Assembly (NCBI GenBank): GCA_963828525.1
Contig: CAWHEP010000010.1
Coordinates: forward strand, 32,001-96,000
Reading direction: 5' to 3'
Origin: an uncultured Verrucomicrobiae bacterium
GTDB taxonomy: Bacteria; Verrucomicrobiota; Verrucomicrobiia; Chthoniobacterales; Chthoniobacteraceae
DNA: 64,000 nt
The position numbers were made by a program, and so were the translations under genes. Below are positions 1 to 9,414 of this stretch, in pieces (within the stretch, counting starts at the first letter, position 1; the number at the start of each line of letters is the position of its first letter). Under the pieces are notes generated by a model. It was not told the DNA's origin, searched no databases, and saw nothing but the letters and a program-made list of their open reading frames with translations.

Positions 1-479
1 TCTGCCGCGCAATTTGCGAGCCGTTCCACCATCAGCGTCTCTTCACCCACCTGGATCCATGTCTTGAAGGAGCAGGGAACCGTGCTGATGCTGCCTTCCA
101 TCCCGCCTGGCAGCAGCGCTGCCAGTATGCGCGCGAGAAGCACCGTGTATTCTTCTCTCTCCACGCTCCTCCAGTCCGGACGGTAAACCTCCTCTTTGAC
201 GGGCTTGCCGTGAAATTGGCCAAAGGGGAAACCGTTGATGGTAAAGGCGTAGAGATTCTCCGCCGCAAAGAACTCCGCAGCCTCAGCAAGGACCGCGGGA
301 ACGGCCAGCTCATGTGCCGCGCGAGAGCTGAGGCGCAGACCCAGCCCGAAAGCCGCGTCTGGCGACACGATGCTCTTCACAGCGAGTGCCTTCTTCCGGA
401 TCGCGGCGATGTTCTCAGCCCAGCTCTCGCCTGGATGCGCGTTCAGGCAATAGGTGAGATCAAGCGAATGAGTTTTCAG
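1..479 (-). CDS. eboE: EboE-family TIM-barrel protein, partial (runs off left edge)
   Basis: Not in the ORF track. Manual translation gives LTYCLNAHPGESW..FGLGLRLS..YAFTINGFPFGQFHGKPVKEEVYRPDW..YT..LARIL..LLP..GSISTVP, which matches the EboE N-terminal pattern. Apparent CTG start at 477-479. Confidence 0.8.
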   Translation of the reverse strand, partial: MKTHSLDLTYCLNAHPGESWAENIAAIRKKALAVKSIVSPDAAFGLGLRLSSRAAHELAVPAVLAEAAEFFAAENLYAFTINGFPFGQFHGKPVKEEVYRPDWRSVEREEYTVLLARILAALLPGGMEGSISTVPCSFKTWIQVGEETLMVERLANCAA

Positions 480-1255
480 AAGAAAAAGGGTTCGCCCAGC
501 TTTCGGAACGTTTCCTTCTCCTGCTTCAGATATTTGTCTCCCAACGCTTCGAAGCCTCCGCGCGCCCGGTAATCCGCTAAAAACTTGTTAACGCTATTCG
601 CAAGCTCGGTGTTTCCTTTCCGGATGCCGATGGCCCACTCTTCTTTCTGAAATGGCTTCAAGATGCCCCGCGTAGTCTGCGGGTTTGCCTGGCTGTATTT
701 GAGCACAGACATCTGGTCATAGATGAAGGCGTCCGTTTCTCCCTGGATGACTTCGAGGACGCAGGTCGCCGCGCTGTCCAGGATCAGCGCTTTGGAACGA
801 TGCGCTTTGGCTATAGCGTACATTTCCCCGGTCGTTCCCTTCTTGACACAGAACGTCTTCCCGGGTTGATCCGCTTCGTCAATGCTGTTGATCTTTGACT
901 TCGCTGGCACAAGCAGGCAGAGGCCCGTCGTCAAATAGGGATCGGAGAAGTCGATCGATTCCGCGCGCTCCGCTGTCGCGGTCATGGAAGAAATGATGAG
1001 GTCGATTCGTCCTGTCTTCAGCGCGGGTATCAATCCATCGAAAGGCATGTTTTGAATCTCGATCTTGCGCCCAAGACTTGCTCCAAGGGCGAACGCGAGA
1101 TCGACGCTAACCCCGGCGGGATGGCCTTGGGTATCAGCCATCTCGAACGGCGGCGATGCCAGTTCCATCCCGACGACCAAATCATTGCGCGGCCCCTTCG
1201 AGCAGCCACACACGAGGCACAACTGTAGAACGAGGAAGTAGCGGACGAGTTTCAT
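476..1255 (-). CDS. Polar amino-acid ABC transporter substrate-binding lipoprotein (SBP_bac_3)
   Basis: Lipobox-like LVCGC; PPFE, G.SVDLA, FDGLIPALKTGRIDLIISSMTAT.ER..IDFSDPY motifs. Start placed at MKLVRY. Confidence 0.9.
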   Translation of the reverse strand: MKLVRYFLVLQLCLVCGCSKGPRNDLVVGMELASPPFEMADTQGHPAGVSVDLAFALGASLGRKIEIQNMPFDGLIPALKTGRIDLIISSMTATAERAESIDFSDPYLTTGLCLLVPAKSKINSIDEADQPGKTFCVKKGTTGEMYAIAKAHRSKALILDSAATCVLEVIQGETDAFIYDQMSVLKYSQANPQTTRGILKPFQKEEWAIGIRKGNTELANSVNKFLADYRARGGFEALGDKYLKQEKETFRKLGEPFFF

Positions 1256-1423
1256 CAAGATTGGAATTGCCATTGGAATCAACCGCCGCGCTTTCTCCAA
1301 GACCTTTCTGATTGAGGCGCCGGTTCATCGCGACATAGACTTCGCTGCTCGTTCGATAATCTCCATAAGCGAAGTGCTGAACAACGGACCTGCTTCAGTT
1401 CCTACGACAGATACGCGCCTTCT

Positions 1424-3652
1424 ATGATGAAGCTCTCCTGCATATTGGCCTTGTCCGCCTGCCTCTTCAACTCGGCGCTTGGGGATGACCCGCTCGTCCA
1501 GCCTCTCCCCGATGGAATCGCCTTGGAAATCGGAGATCAGCGCATCGAACTTCGCGTTGCCACACCGCACGCGTTCCTCGTGCATATTTGCGGCTCCGTG
1601 GCGCGAACGCGAAGCATCTTTCTAAGCGGGAATCCGCTGCCCGTTACGCCGTTTTCCGTCAACAGGGAGAATTCAATCGTGGGGCTGAAGACGAGTTTCG
1701 GGGAGCTTCTGATCGACACGCGTCTGAGCAGATGGCGTCTGCGAGACAGCGCGGGCGCGACACTCGCCGACTGGGCTGCTTTGCGTCTCCCACAGTCGAA
1801 CAGAAATATCCCGGAGTTATATCTCGATGCAGGAACCTCACCCATCAAACCAGGGCCGCTCTATTACGGCTCGGGAAACTCCCCGGTCCGGGGAGCTTTG
1901 ACTCAGACCGAGGCGCCATCAAGAACCGACAACGGCTTTACTTCACTGCCGCAATACTGGAGCAACGCCGGCTACGGCGCGCTGATGATCTCGTCAGATG
2001 ATAACAAGCCCGCTTCATGGAAATCTGATGCGGATGGCACTGCGCACTGGCGCGTCCCGGGAGCGGACGCTGGCCTCTATATCGCGCCCGCCGCCAATCT
2101 TTATGACTGGCTGCGTGATGAAGCGGAACTCACTGGTTTCGCGCCCGTCCCTCCGCGCTGGGCTTTCGGCTACATGCAGAGCCGGTGGGGTTGGAAAGAC
2201 AAAACTTACATGGACGATTCCCTCGAACGTTTCTCCAAAGATGACCTGCCCGTGGATGTATTCATAGTCGACTTCGAGTGGTACACCAAGACGCCGGATT
2301 ACTCGGTGCCCGCTCAAGGCGACCCCGATTTTGTCGATTTTGGGTGGAATCCGAATCTGTTTCCCAGTCCAGAAAGACAAATTGCGGATTTTGGGGAAAA
2401 GGGCCTCCACATCGTGGGTATTCGCAAACCGCGAGTCGGTAATACAGAGACTCTCACCATGGCGCGAAGCAAAGGCTGGATACTTCCAGTGAACCCCGCG
2501 GATCCAAACAGCGCCAACATCCGCAGTCGCAACATCGACTTCTCCAATCCGGAGGCGCGGGAGTGGTGGCTTCAGAATAACCGCAAATTCGTCGATGCCG
2601 GAATGGCCGGTTTTTGGGATGACGAGGGTGAGACGACTTTCACCGAGTATAGCTACTGGAACTTGACCCAACAGGTCCTCTTCAGCCAGGCAAAGCCGAA
2701 CGCTCGATTCTGGTGCCTTGATCGTTCATTCGCGCCGGGGGTGCAACGATTCGGCGCCGCGGCGTGGACGGGCGATATCCATTCCGACTGGCGGACGCTT
2801 GCCCAGACTCCTGGGGAGCTATTGAGCTATAGCCTCTCCGGTATGCCGTATGGCGCGTGCGACATCGGCGGCTACGCGGGCAACCCGTCCCCGGAACTAT
2901 TGACCCGGTGGATGCAGGCCGGGGTCTTCTTCCCGGTTATGCGCAGTCACTCCGAACTTACCGCTACTCCCCGCTTCCCCTGGCTCTACGGTTCAGATGC
3001 TGAAAATGCTATCCGCAACGCGCTGGAGCTCCGCTACCGATTAATACCTTACTACTACAGCCTCGCCTTCCAAACTGCTTCCACTGGAGCGCCGATCATG
3101 CGTCCGCTCGTAATGGAATTCCCAAACGAGCAAAAGCTCGCCCAAGTCACCGACGAATGGCTGATGGGAAAGAGTTTGCTGGCAGCCCCTTTGTTGAACG
3201 AGGGCGGCGCGCGCGACGTGCTCCTGCCGACTGACACTTGGTTCGCCTTTGAAACAGGTCGATCTCAAACAGGCGGCAAGTTAATCCACTGCAACGCCAG
3301 ACTGGATGAAATCCCCCTCTATGTTCGAGCGGGCTCGTTGTTACCTCTCGGGCCCATAGCGCGGAATACCAGCCAGCCATCCACAGAGCCACTGGAAATG
3401 CAGATCTATCCCGGCCGTGATAGCGAGTTCGACTTCGTGGAGGACGACGGCAGGACCTTGGATTATCGGAACGGGACAAAGCGGCTGCTTGCCTTCTTCT
3501 GGAACGACTCAGCAAAGACGCTCTCTTGGAAAACGACGGGATCTTACCACGGTAATCGTGTGTTCTTACAAATGAACGCCGCCCTCTTTTCACCCGGTGG
3601 CCCGGTGAAGAAATCTGCGTCCTTGAGAACTGATGGCTCGATACTGTTTTAA
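1424..3652 (+). CDS. Secreted glycoside hydrolase family 31 (alpha-glucosidase/xylosidase-like)
   Basis: Signal peptide; PPRWAFGYMQSRW, nucleophile region GFWDDEGE, acid/base WTGDI, DIGG, RWMQAG.F.P.MRSH, LRYRLIPY.Y, IPLYVRAG. Confidence 0.9.
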   Translation: MMKLSCILALSACLFNSALGDDPLVQPLPDGIALEIGDQRIELRVATPHAFLVHICGSVARTRSIFLSGNPLPVTPFSVNRENSIVGLKTSFGELLIDTRLSRWRLRDSAGATLADWAALRLPQSNRNIPELYLDAGTSPIKPGPLYYGSGNSPVRGALTQTEAPSRTDNGFTSLPQYWSNAGYGALMISSDDNKPASWKSDADGTAHWRVPGADAGLYIAPAANLYDWLRDEAELTGFAPVPPRWAFGYMQSRWGWKDKTYMDDSLERFSKDDLPVDVFIVDFEWYTKTPDYSVPAQGDPDFVDFGWNPNLFPSPERQIADFGEKGLHIVGIRKPRVGNTETLTMARSKGWILPVNPADPNSANIRSRNIDFSNPEAREWWLQNNRKFVDAGMAGFWDDEGETTFTEYSYWNLTQQVLFSQAKPNARFWCLDRSFAPGVQRFGAAAWTGDIHSDWRTLAQTPGELLSYSLSGMPYGACDIGGYAGNPSPELLTRWMQAGVFFPVMRSHSELTATPRFPWLYGSDAENAIRNALELRYRLIPYYYSLAFQTASTGAPIMRPLVMEFPNEQKLAQVTDEWLMGKSLLAAPLLNEGGARDVLLPTDTWFAFETGRSQTGGKLIHCNARLDEIPLYVRAGSLLPLGPIARNTSQPSTEPLEMQIYPGRDSEFDFVEDDGRTLDYRNGTKRLLAFFWNDSAKTLSWKTTGSYHGNRVFLQMNAALFSPGGPVKKSASLRTDGSILF

Positions 3653-3766
3653 CCCAAGCTGGGAGCGGCATGGATAGATCGTCACCTCAGCCCCGAATGA
3701 CGCGGCAAAGCATTCCTTTAGCAGATTAAAACCGTTTTAGTTCGAGCGCGAAAATAGATAACGCCC

Positions 3767-4879
3767 CTACGCCTTATTGATCTCTCGCAGTGCCCTGCGG
3801 TTCGGTGTCATTCCGGCCCCCGCTTCGACGGGTGCTTGAAAAAATCCGTCCTGGATGAGGGCGGGATACTCCATCCAGTCCCGTAACCAGGGGATATACT
3901 CCAGCAGCGAGCACGCCGGATGCGCGAAGCAGAGGTGTTGATGCGCCTGGCACATATCACCGACGTGCGGGGCTACAGGCAGTGAGTAACATCTCGCGAG
4001 GTCCGCTACCTGCCAGAATTCGGTGACACCCGCCAGCCGCGTCACGTCTGGTTGCACGTAGTGGACGGCGCCGGCGTGGATGAAGTCACGAAATTGGGAG
4101 GCCATATACAGTTGCTCTCCCAACGCGATGGGCGTGGCGATGGCTTCAGCCAGCCTTCGGTGTCCTTCCACATCATCGAATTGCATGGGCTCTTCGATCC
4201 AGACCACATCGAAGTCCACGAGCCGGCCTGCCGTTTGCACAGCCTGCGGCAAGTTCCACCGCCCATTGGCGTCCGTCATGATCCGGATATCCGGCCCCAG
4301 CGCGTTCCTGACAGCCTCCACGCGCCGGAGATCCTGCGTGGGACTTAGTCCTCCAACCTTCAGTTTGACCGCGCGATACCCCTCTTCCTCCACCATGCGC
4401 TTGCAATCCGTGACGACGGTTTCGAGCGTCCAGTTCAGCCAGCCTCCGTCCGTATTATAGGCCTCCACTTTCTTGGCCGCTGAACCGCCGAGGAGCTTCC
4501 ACAACGGCAACTCCGCCTCCTTCGCCTTTAGATCCCAGAGCGCGATATCCACAGCCCCAAGCGCGAGGTGTGTGATGCCCGCGCGTCCCACCCAATGGAT
4601 TTCCGGTCGCTTGTGAAGCTTCTCCCAACAAGCGCGCGTTTCGCGCGGGTCTTCTCCGATCAGAAGCGGCCCGTAACTATTTACGATGCAATCAACGATC
4701 AACCGATCTGTCGCCAAATGCGCGTGGGTTCCTGAGAAACCATACCCGATCAGACCATTATCCGCGTGGACGGCGACCCCCGGCGCGCCCCAGTGGGTGA
4801 TGCTATGGGCACTATCCGCAATGCCACCGCGTGTCACCGGCGCGTGAAGTATGATCGGCTCCAGTTTTGTGATCTTCAT
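3767..4879 (-). CDS. Enolase-superfamily (mandelate racemase subgroup) acid-sugar dehydratase
   Basis: AVDIALWDLKAK, YNTDGGWL, KxK motif (VKLKVG), metal ligands DAN/WIEEP/GE, QPD, catalytic PH. Confidence 0.9.
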   Translation of the reverse strand: MKITKLEPIILHAPVTRGGIADSAHSITHWGAPGVAVHADNGLIGYGFSGTHAHLATDRLIVDCIVNSYGPLLIGEDPRETRACWEKLHKRPEIHWVGRAGITHLALGAVDIALWDLKAKEAELPLWKLLGGSAAKKVEAYNTDGGWLNWTLETVVTDCKRMVEEEGYRAVKLKVGGLSPTQDLRRVEAVRNALGPDIRIMTDANGRWNLPQAVQTAGRLVDFDVVWIEEPMQFDDVEGHRRLAEAIATPIALGEQLYMASQFRDFIHAGAVHYVQPDVTRLAGVTEFWQVADLARCYSLPVAPHVGDMCQAHQHLCFAHPACSLLEYIPWLRDWMEYPALIQDGFFQAPVEAGAGMTPNRRALREINKA

Positions 4880-4902
4880 AACGGCTCCCTGCTTCCCGCT
4901 TC

Positions 4903-5919
4903 TTAGCTAAACCCGTCGAAATCAATCATCGCTTTAACAAGCCCCGGTTCGCCATGGAGCCCTGGCAAACGCTCCGCTGTTTCAGCAAAATCAAAGCGAT
5001 GTGTCACGAGGGCTTTCACGTTCACCTGGCCGCGCTTCAACATCCGGATAACCTCCCGGAATGTCTCCGTCAATCCAGCGCGGCTTGCCATCACGGTCAG
5101 CTCGCGGCGGTGAAAATTTGGGTCATCAAAACTCAGGTCCCCGGTAAAAAGACCAAGGAAGACGATTCTTCCGCCATGCTCCGCCAGGTCGAAAGCCGCT
5201 TTCATCGAAGCGGCGCTGCCTGTTGCGTCAATAACGGCGGAAGGCGCCTGCCCAAAGTGGGAGCGCAATTGCTGAGCGAGGTCCGGACCCGCGTGGAAAG
5301 GCGTTCCCAATCGCATGCGCTCACACGCAAATCTTACTCGATCCGGCTGCATGTCCACACACGCGAGATCTGCTCCCGCAGCTTTCGCCGATATGGCCGC
5401 CGCCAATCCTATCGGCCCAAGTCCGATCACGGCGGTGGGTTCGCCAGCCTTCAGCGCCGCGCGTTCCACGCCATGCGCTCCGATGACGAGCGGCTCGACA
5501 AGCGCGATTTCCTCCGGAGTCAGCGACGCGGCTAGATGAAGCTTCTCGGCTGGGACCGCCAGAAGCGGAGTGTGGCCGCCATCTATATGCACGCCAAGCA
5601 CTTGAAGATTCTGACAGCAGTTTGTTTTCCCCGACAGACACGCGGGGCAAGCGCCACAGAAATAATACGGCTCCACCGCGCAAAGATCCCCCGCTTCCAA
5701 GCCGCTGCCCACGGGCGCGGAAACTACTTCAACACAAAGCTCGTGCCCAAGCCGCCGCGGATAGCTGAAAAAAGGCTGCTTGCCGGCGAATGCATGCAGA
5801 TCGGTCCCGCAGACCCCGCAACACCGGACACGCGCCAGCGCCTCGGATGGATCCGCCTCCGGCGACCGAATCTCAGACCACGCCAGAACACCCGGCGCTT
5901 GCAGGAGAAGAGCTTTCAG
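4903..5919 (-). CDS. Zn-dependent alcohol dehydrogenase (YjjN/L-galactonate dehydrogenase-like)
   Basis: CGTDLH, GHE, structural Zn motif C..C..C.......C, GLGPIG, FHRRELT. Homology begins at (L)KALLL, a CTG at 5917-5919. Confidence 0.88.
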   Translation of the reverse strand: MKALLLQAPGVLAWSEIRSPEADPSEALARVRCCGVCGTDLHAFAGKQPFFSYPRRLGHELCVEVVSAPVGSGLEAGDLCAVEPYYFCGACPACLSGKTNCCQNLQVLGVHIDGGHTPLLAVPAEKLHLAASLTPEEIALVEPLVIGAHGVERAALKAGEPTAVIGLGPIGLAAAISAKAAGADLACVDMQPDRVRFACERMRLGTPFHAGPDLAQQLRSHFGQAPSAVIDATGSAASMKAAFDLAEHGGRIVFLGLFTGDLSFDDPNFHRRELTVMASRAGLTETFREVIRMLKRGQVNVKALVTHRFDFAETAERLPGLHGEPGLVKAMIDFDGFS

Positions 5920-5923
5920 GTTT

Positions 5924-7615
5924 TTACCGGAAGACTGTGTATAGCGTGACGAAGATGACCACGATAACTGCCGACATGAGGCGGTAATCGGACAGGCCGG
6001 AGCCACATTTAACCCTCAGCGGCTCGCTCCAGCGATCCCACACGAGAGCCCTGGCTTCCTCCTTGAGTTCCTCTGGAAACAAAATACTAGCGACAATCAT
6101 GATGAAAACACAGGCGGCGAATAGCAGGAATGCCATCAACATGAAATCCCCGCGATAGATTTCGCTCCAGTCGAGGTAGAAGGTCACAACGCCCAGCACC
6201 ATGCCCGCGAGCAGAGTGATAAGCGCCCCTTTGCCCGACGCCTTCTTCCAGAAGACACCCAGCAGAAAAACCGCGCTTATGGGAGGCGCGACATAGGAAA
6301 TGACTTTGTTTATACCCTCGAAAATTGTCGTGTAGTGGCCGAACAAAGGCGAAGCGACTATGGCCAGAATGGTTCCGACGACGGTCGTGACTTTGCCGAT
6401 GAACACAAGCTTGTGGTCGCTGGTATCAGGCCGATGGCGTTTGAATATATCGTACGCTACAAGCGTGGCCGTCGAGTTCAGCGCTGCCGAGCAGGTCTGC
6501 ATCGCCGCAGCCAGCATGGCCGCGATTACGAGTCCTTTCAACCCGACCGGCAGCAGGTGAATAATGAGGAAAGAATAGGTATCCGCCGCTGTTTGCGGGG
6601 CCGCGCCCCCAAACGCATTTTGCTGCACCAGCGCCACGCACATGACGCCAGGAAGCACAAAGAAGAACACCGGCCAGATTTTCAGGAACGCGCAGAAGAG
6701 CGGCCCGAGGCGCGCGTGCTTCTCGTCCTTCGCCGCCAGCACGCGTTGAACAATTGTCTGGTCGCAGCACCAGTACCAGACTCCGAGCACAGGGTAGCCA
6801 AGCAGTATCGAATACCAAGGCAGCCCGGACGGGTCTCCGGGGGCGCGCCAAATATGCTGGAAGTTGCCGGTGCCCCAGTTGATCTTGCTCCCGATTACGC
6901 CGGCCAACGGATGGGGATGCGACGCCAGCGCCTGGACCATGGCTGACCATCCTCCCACCTTCCCATAAGCGACGACCGTGATGACGATTGCGCCCGCCAT
7001 CAGCAAGACTGTCTGCGCGCTTTCCGTCCACACAACCGCCAGCAACCCTCCAAGCATCGTGTACATCCCGGTCAACGCGCCCAAAATGACGATGAACAGC
7101 AGCAGAGCGTCCACCCCGTAAAGCTTAGCCCCGGGCGCAAGTCCCAGGATGCCGCGCAACACCCATGCCGCCGTGTAGAGCGCCACACCCATGTGGAGGA
7201 CGATGGCGGAAAACAGCGAAGCAACCGCAAGAACATCACGGCAGGCCGAGTTGAATCTCCGCTCGAGAAAATCGGGCAGCGTCGCTACTTTCGATCTCAG
7301 ATACAGCGGCGCGAAAAAGAGCGAAAGCAGAATGAGCGTGAATCCGGCCATCCACTCGAAGTTGCCGAAAACCATTCCGTATTTGTAAGCAGCCTCAGCG
7401 AGGCTGACGAGATGCACCGTCGAGATGTTTGCCGCGAACATCGCGAGCCCGATTACGGGCCAGGTCAATGTATTTCCGGCAAGAAAGTAGTGTCCTCCCT
7501 CACCTCCCCGCTCCCCCTTGCGCCTTACAAACCCCGCAAAAACCCCGAGTCCAACCACCGCGACCAAGTAGAAGACGATTAAAGCCCAATCGAGTTGGCT
7601 GATAGGTGGATTCAA
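5924..7615 (-). CDS. Sodium:solute symporter (SSS/SGLT-like sugar transporter)
   Basis: YFLAG, FAANIS..H, TLPDFLERRF, GGL.AVVWTE, WYWCCDQ.IVQRVLAAK, multiple TM helices. TTG start at 7615. Confidence 0.92.
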   Translation of the reverse strand: MNPPISQLDWALIVFYLVAVVGLGVFAGFVRRKGERGGEGGHYFLAGNTLTWPVIGLAMFAANISTVHLVSLAEAAYKYGMVFGNFEWMAGFTLILLSLFFAPLYLRSKVATLPDFLERRFNSACRDVLAVASLFSAIVLHMGVALYTAAWVLRGILGLAPGAKLYGVDALLLFIVILGALTGMYTMLGGLLAVVWTESAQTVLLMAGAIVITVVAYGKVGGWSAMVQALASHPHPLAGVIGSKINWGTGNFQHIWRAPGDPSGLPWYSILLGYPVLGVWYWCCDQTIVQRVLAAKDEKHARLGPLFCAFLKIWPVFFFVLPGVMCVALVQQNAFGGAAPQTAADTYSFLIIHLLPVGLKGLVIAAMLAAAMQTCSAALNSTATLVAYDIFKRHRPDTSDHKLVFIGKVTTVVGTILAIVASPLFGHYTTIFEGINKVISYVAPPISAVFLLGVFWKKASGKGALITLLAGMVLGVVTFYLDWSEIYRGDFMLMAFLLFAACVFIMIVASILFPEELKEEARALVWDRWSEPLRVKCGSGLSDYRLMSAVIVVIFVTLYTVFR

Positions 7616-7771
7616 GGGGACGCAGGGGGAGTGCGGAAGACGATCCTGGCGAAGGATACCTTCATGTCGAGCCAAAATAACGTCCTCTGTTCGCTAACCA
7701 AATTGAAGCGACTCCACGAGCTTATGACGCCAATCCAATGATTTCCGTTGGCATGTGAAGCAAGGAGGGCT

Positions 7772-8542
7772 ATGCCAAATTCCGTGTCCCCGCTCCACCT
7801 AGCATCACCGATGGTGAGCCGTTGCGCGCGACTGCTCCTCGCGGCTTGCCTTGTCATTGGATTCCATTCCCCAGCGGCGGTTATCCTCGGGACACCAGTC
7901 ATCACCTTTGACTCCACAAGCGCCATCATTTCCTGGAAGACGGATGTCGCAACAGGCGCCCGGGTCAGCTTCGGCCCCAGCCCGGAACAGCTCAACCAGA
8001 GTCAAAAAGGCTCGGACATCGCTACCTCGCATGTCCTCACACTTTCGGTTTTACAGCCAGGCGCCCACTACTATTTCGCCGTTGGCACAGCCCGCAAGCG
8101 ACTTGCCACCGGAGAGTTCACTCTTCCAGGCGGTTTCGTCGCTGCTCCAAAATCGACGCCGTCGCCTGTGCCTGCAAGGCGTCATCCGTTCCTCGCCAGT
8201 CTTTTCGGTACTCCTCAGGCAGCTCCTCCCGCCCGCGCGACGTGGGGAAACCCCCAGTCTCTTCCAGATCACTTCGCGCGACACGGAGCCGATTTCCACG
8301 CCGCGGACGCGGAGGATTATGCTCGCATGGCCTGGCAATTCGGCCAGCAGTCCAGGCGCGGCGGGTTGCTCGTAAAGGTGGACGAGACCGGCGTCCGCCG
8401 GGTGTTTGACCCCCAAACCGGCGCATTTGCAGCCTATAATGCGGATGGCACTACGAAGACTTTTTTCAAACCGGGCAGCAGGGACTACTTCGCCCGCCAG
8501 CCAGGAAGAAGCATCGACGCCGCCTCAGTCCCAACGCCATGA
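7772..8542 (+). CDS. Secreted FN3/purple-acid-phosphatase-N-like domain protein with C-terminal polymorphic-toxin-like putative RNase domain
   Basis: RBS AAGGAGG before ATG 7772 (alternative ATG 7811). Hydrophobic signal; FN3-like SAIISWKTD..H.LTLS.LQPG.HYYF; Pro-rich linker; tip DHFARHG.DF..DY..A..F..RVFDP.TG.F..YN.DGT.KTFFKP..DYF. Confidence 0.7.
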   Translation: MPNSVSPLHLASPMVSRCARLLLAACLVIGFHSPAAVILGTPVITFDSTSAIISWKTDVATGARVSFGPSPEQLNQSQKGSDIATSHVLTLSVLQPGAHYYFAVGTARKRLATGEFTLPGGFVAAPKSTPSPVPARRHPFLASLFGTPQAAPPARATWGNPQSLPDHFARHGADFHAADAEDYARMAWQFGQQSRRGGLLVKVDETGVRRVFDPQTGAFAAYNADGTTKTFFKPGSRDYFARQPGRSIDAASVPTP

Positions 8543-9414
8543 GCCACGTTTGTCCCGTTTGTCACTGGCCCTATTTGCGCGAGCGCCCTCGCTCCGCGTC
8601 CGGCGGAGCATCGTTCGAAATCTGCCCTTCCTGTGGCTTTCAGTTTGGGGTGAGTGACGACGACGCCGGCCGCGCCCCCTCCGAATGGCGCGCGGACTGG
8701 GTCGCTCGGGGCATGCCGTGGTCGAGCATCGGCACGGCAATGCCTGAGAAATGGGATCCCAGCAGTCAACTCGCCGCCGACTCACACAAGGCTGCCAGGA
8801 ATGCCATGGCGGATGTGATGCGCGCGAATAAGGATTACGCCGCAGACTTCGGCGCCAAGGCCGAGCTGATGGGAGTGCCACTCCGCGGCATCGCCATACT
8901 CACCTGTATGGACGCGAGAATGGATCCCGCGAAATTCTGTGGATTAAAGGAGGGCGATGCCCATGTCATCCGAAACGCGGGAGGGCGCGCCAGCGATGAT
9001 GCCATCCGTTCGCTGGTTGTATCATGCGCGCTTATGGAGACGAGTGACTGGTTCGTCGTCCATCACACAGGTTGCGGCATGCAGTCTTACACTGACGACG
9101 ATATCCGACAGATGCTGCATCTTCAGGCAACTGATTCTTCATGCGAGGGAACAGGATGGGGCGGTGTCCGCAAAAGCGCCGCTACCGCTGCCGATATCGA
9201 ATGGCTCACTTTCAAGAACCTGGAAAAGAGCGTCGTCGAGGATGTTGAGCGTATTCGCAACCATCCGCTTGTTCCCGCGGGAGTGGCCATTTACGGCTTT
9301 ATCTACCACGTTCATCATGGCACTCTCACACCCGTCGCGGACGCGAATAAGATCGGCTCTCCAGCCCGCGCTCCCGAGCTAAAACGACTTTCTATAGACT
9401 ATGGAAACACCTAA
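8539..9414 (+). CDS. Fusion of a Cys-rich (CPxC..EICPxCG) immunity-like domain and a beta-class carbonic anhydrase (clade D-like)
   Basis: N-terminus CPVC..SFEICPSCGFQFG.SDD..WR..W...G..W..P..WDP..QL. C-terminus has Zn motifs TCMDAR and HHTGCG, HVIRNAGGR, IR.HPLVP. Confidence 0.85.
   Translation: MSHVCPVCHWPYLRERPRSASGGASFEICPSCGFQFGVSDDDAGRAPSEWRADWVARGMPWSSIGTAMPEKWDPSSQLAADSHKAARNAMADVMRANKDYAADFGAKAELMGVPLRGIAILTCMDARMDPAKFCGLKEGDAHVIRNAGGRASDDAIRSLVVSCALMETSDWFVVHHTGCGMQSYTDDDIRQMLHLQATDSSCEGTGWGGVRKSAATAADIEWLTFKNLEKSVVEDVERIRNHPLVPAGVAIYGFIYHVHHGTLTPVADANKIGSPARAPELKRLSIDYGNT

Noticed and set aside
7748..7763. TTGGCATGTGAAGCAA as a sigma-54 promoter
   Set aside because: The GG-to-GC spacing is 8 nt, not the required 10.
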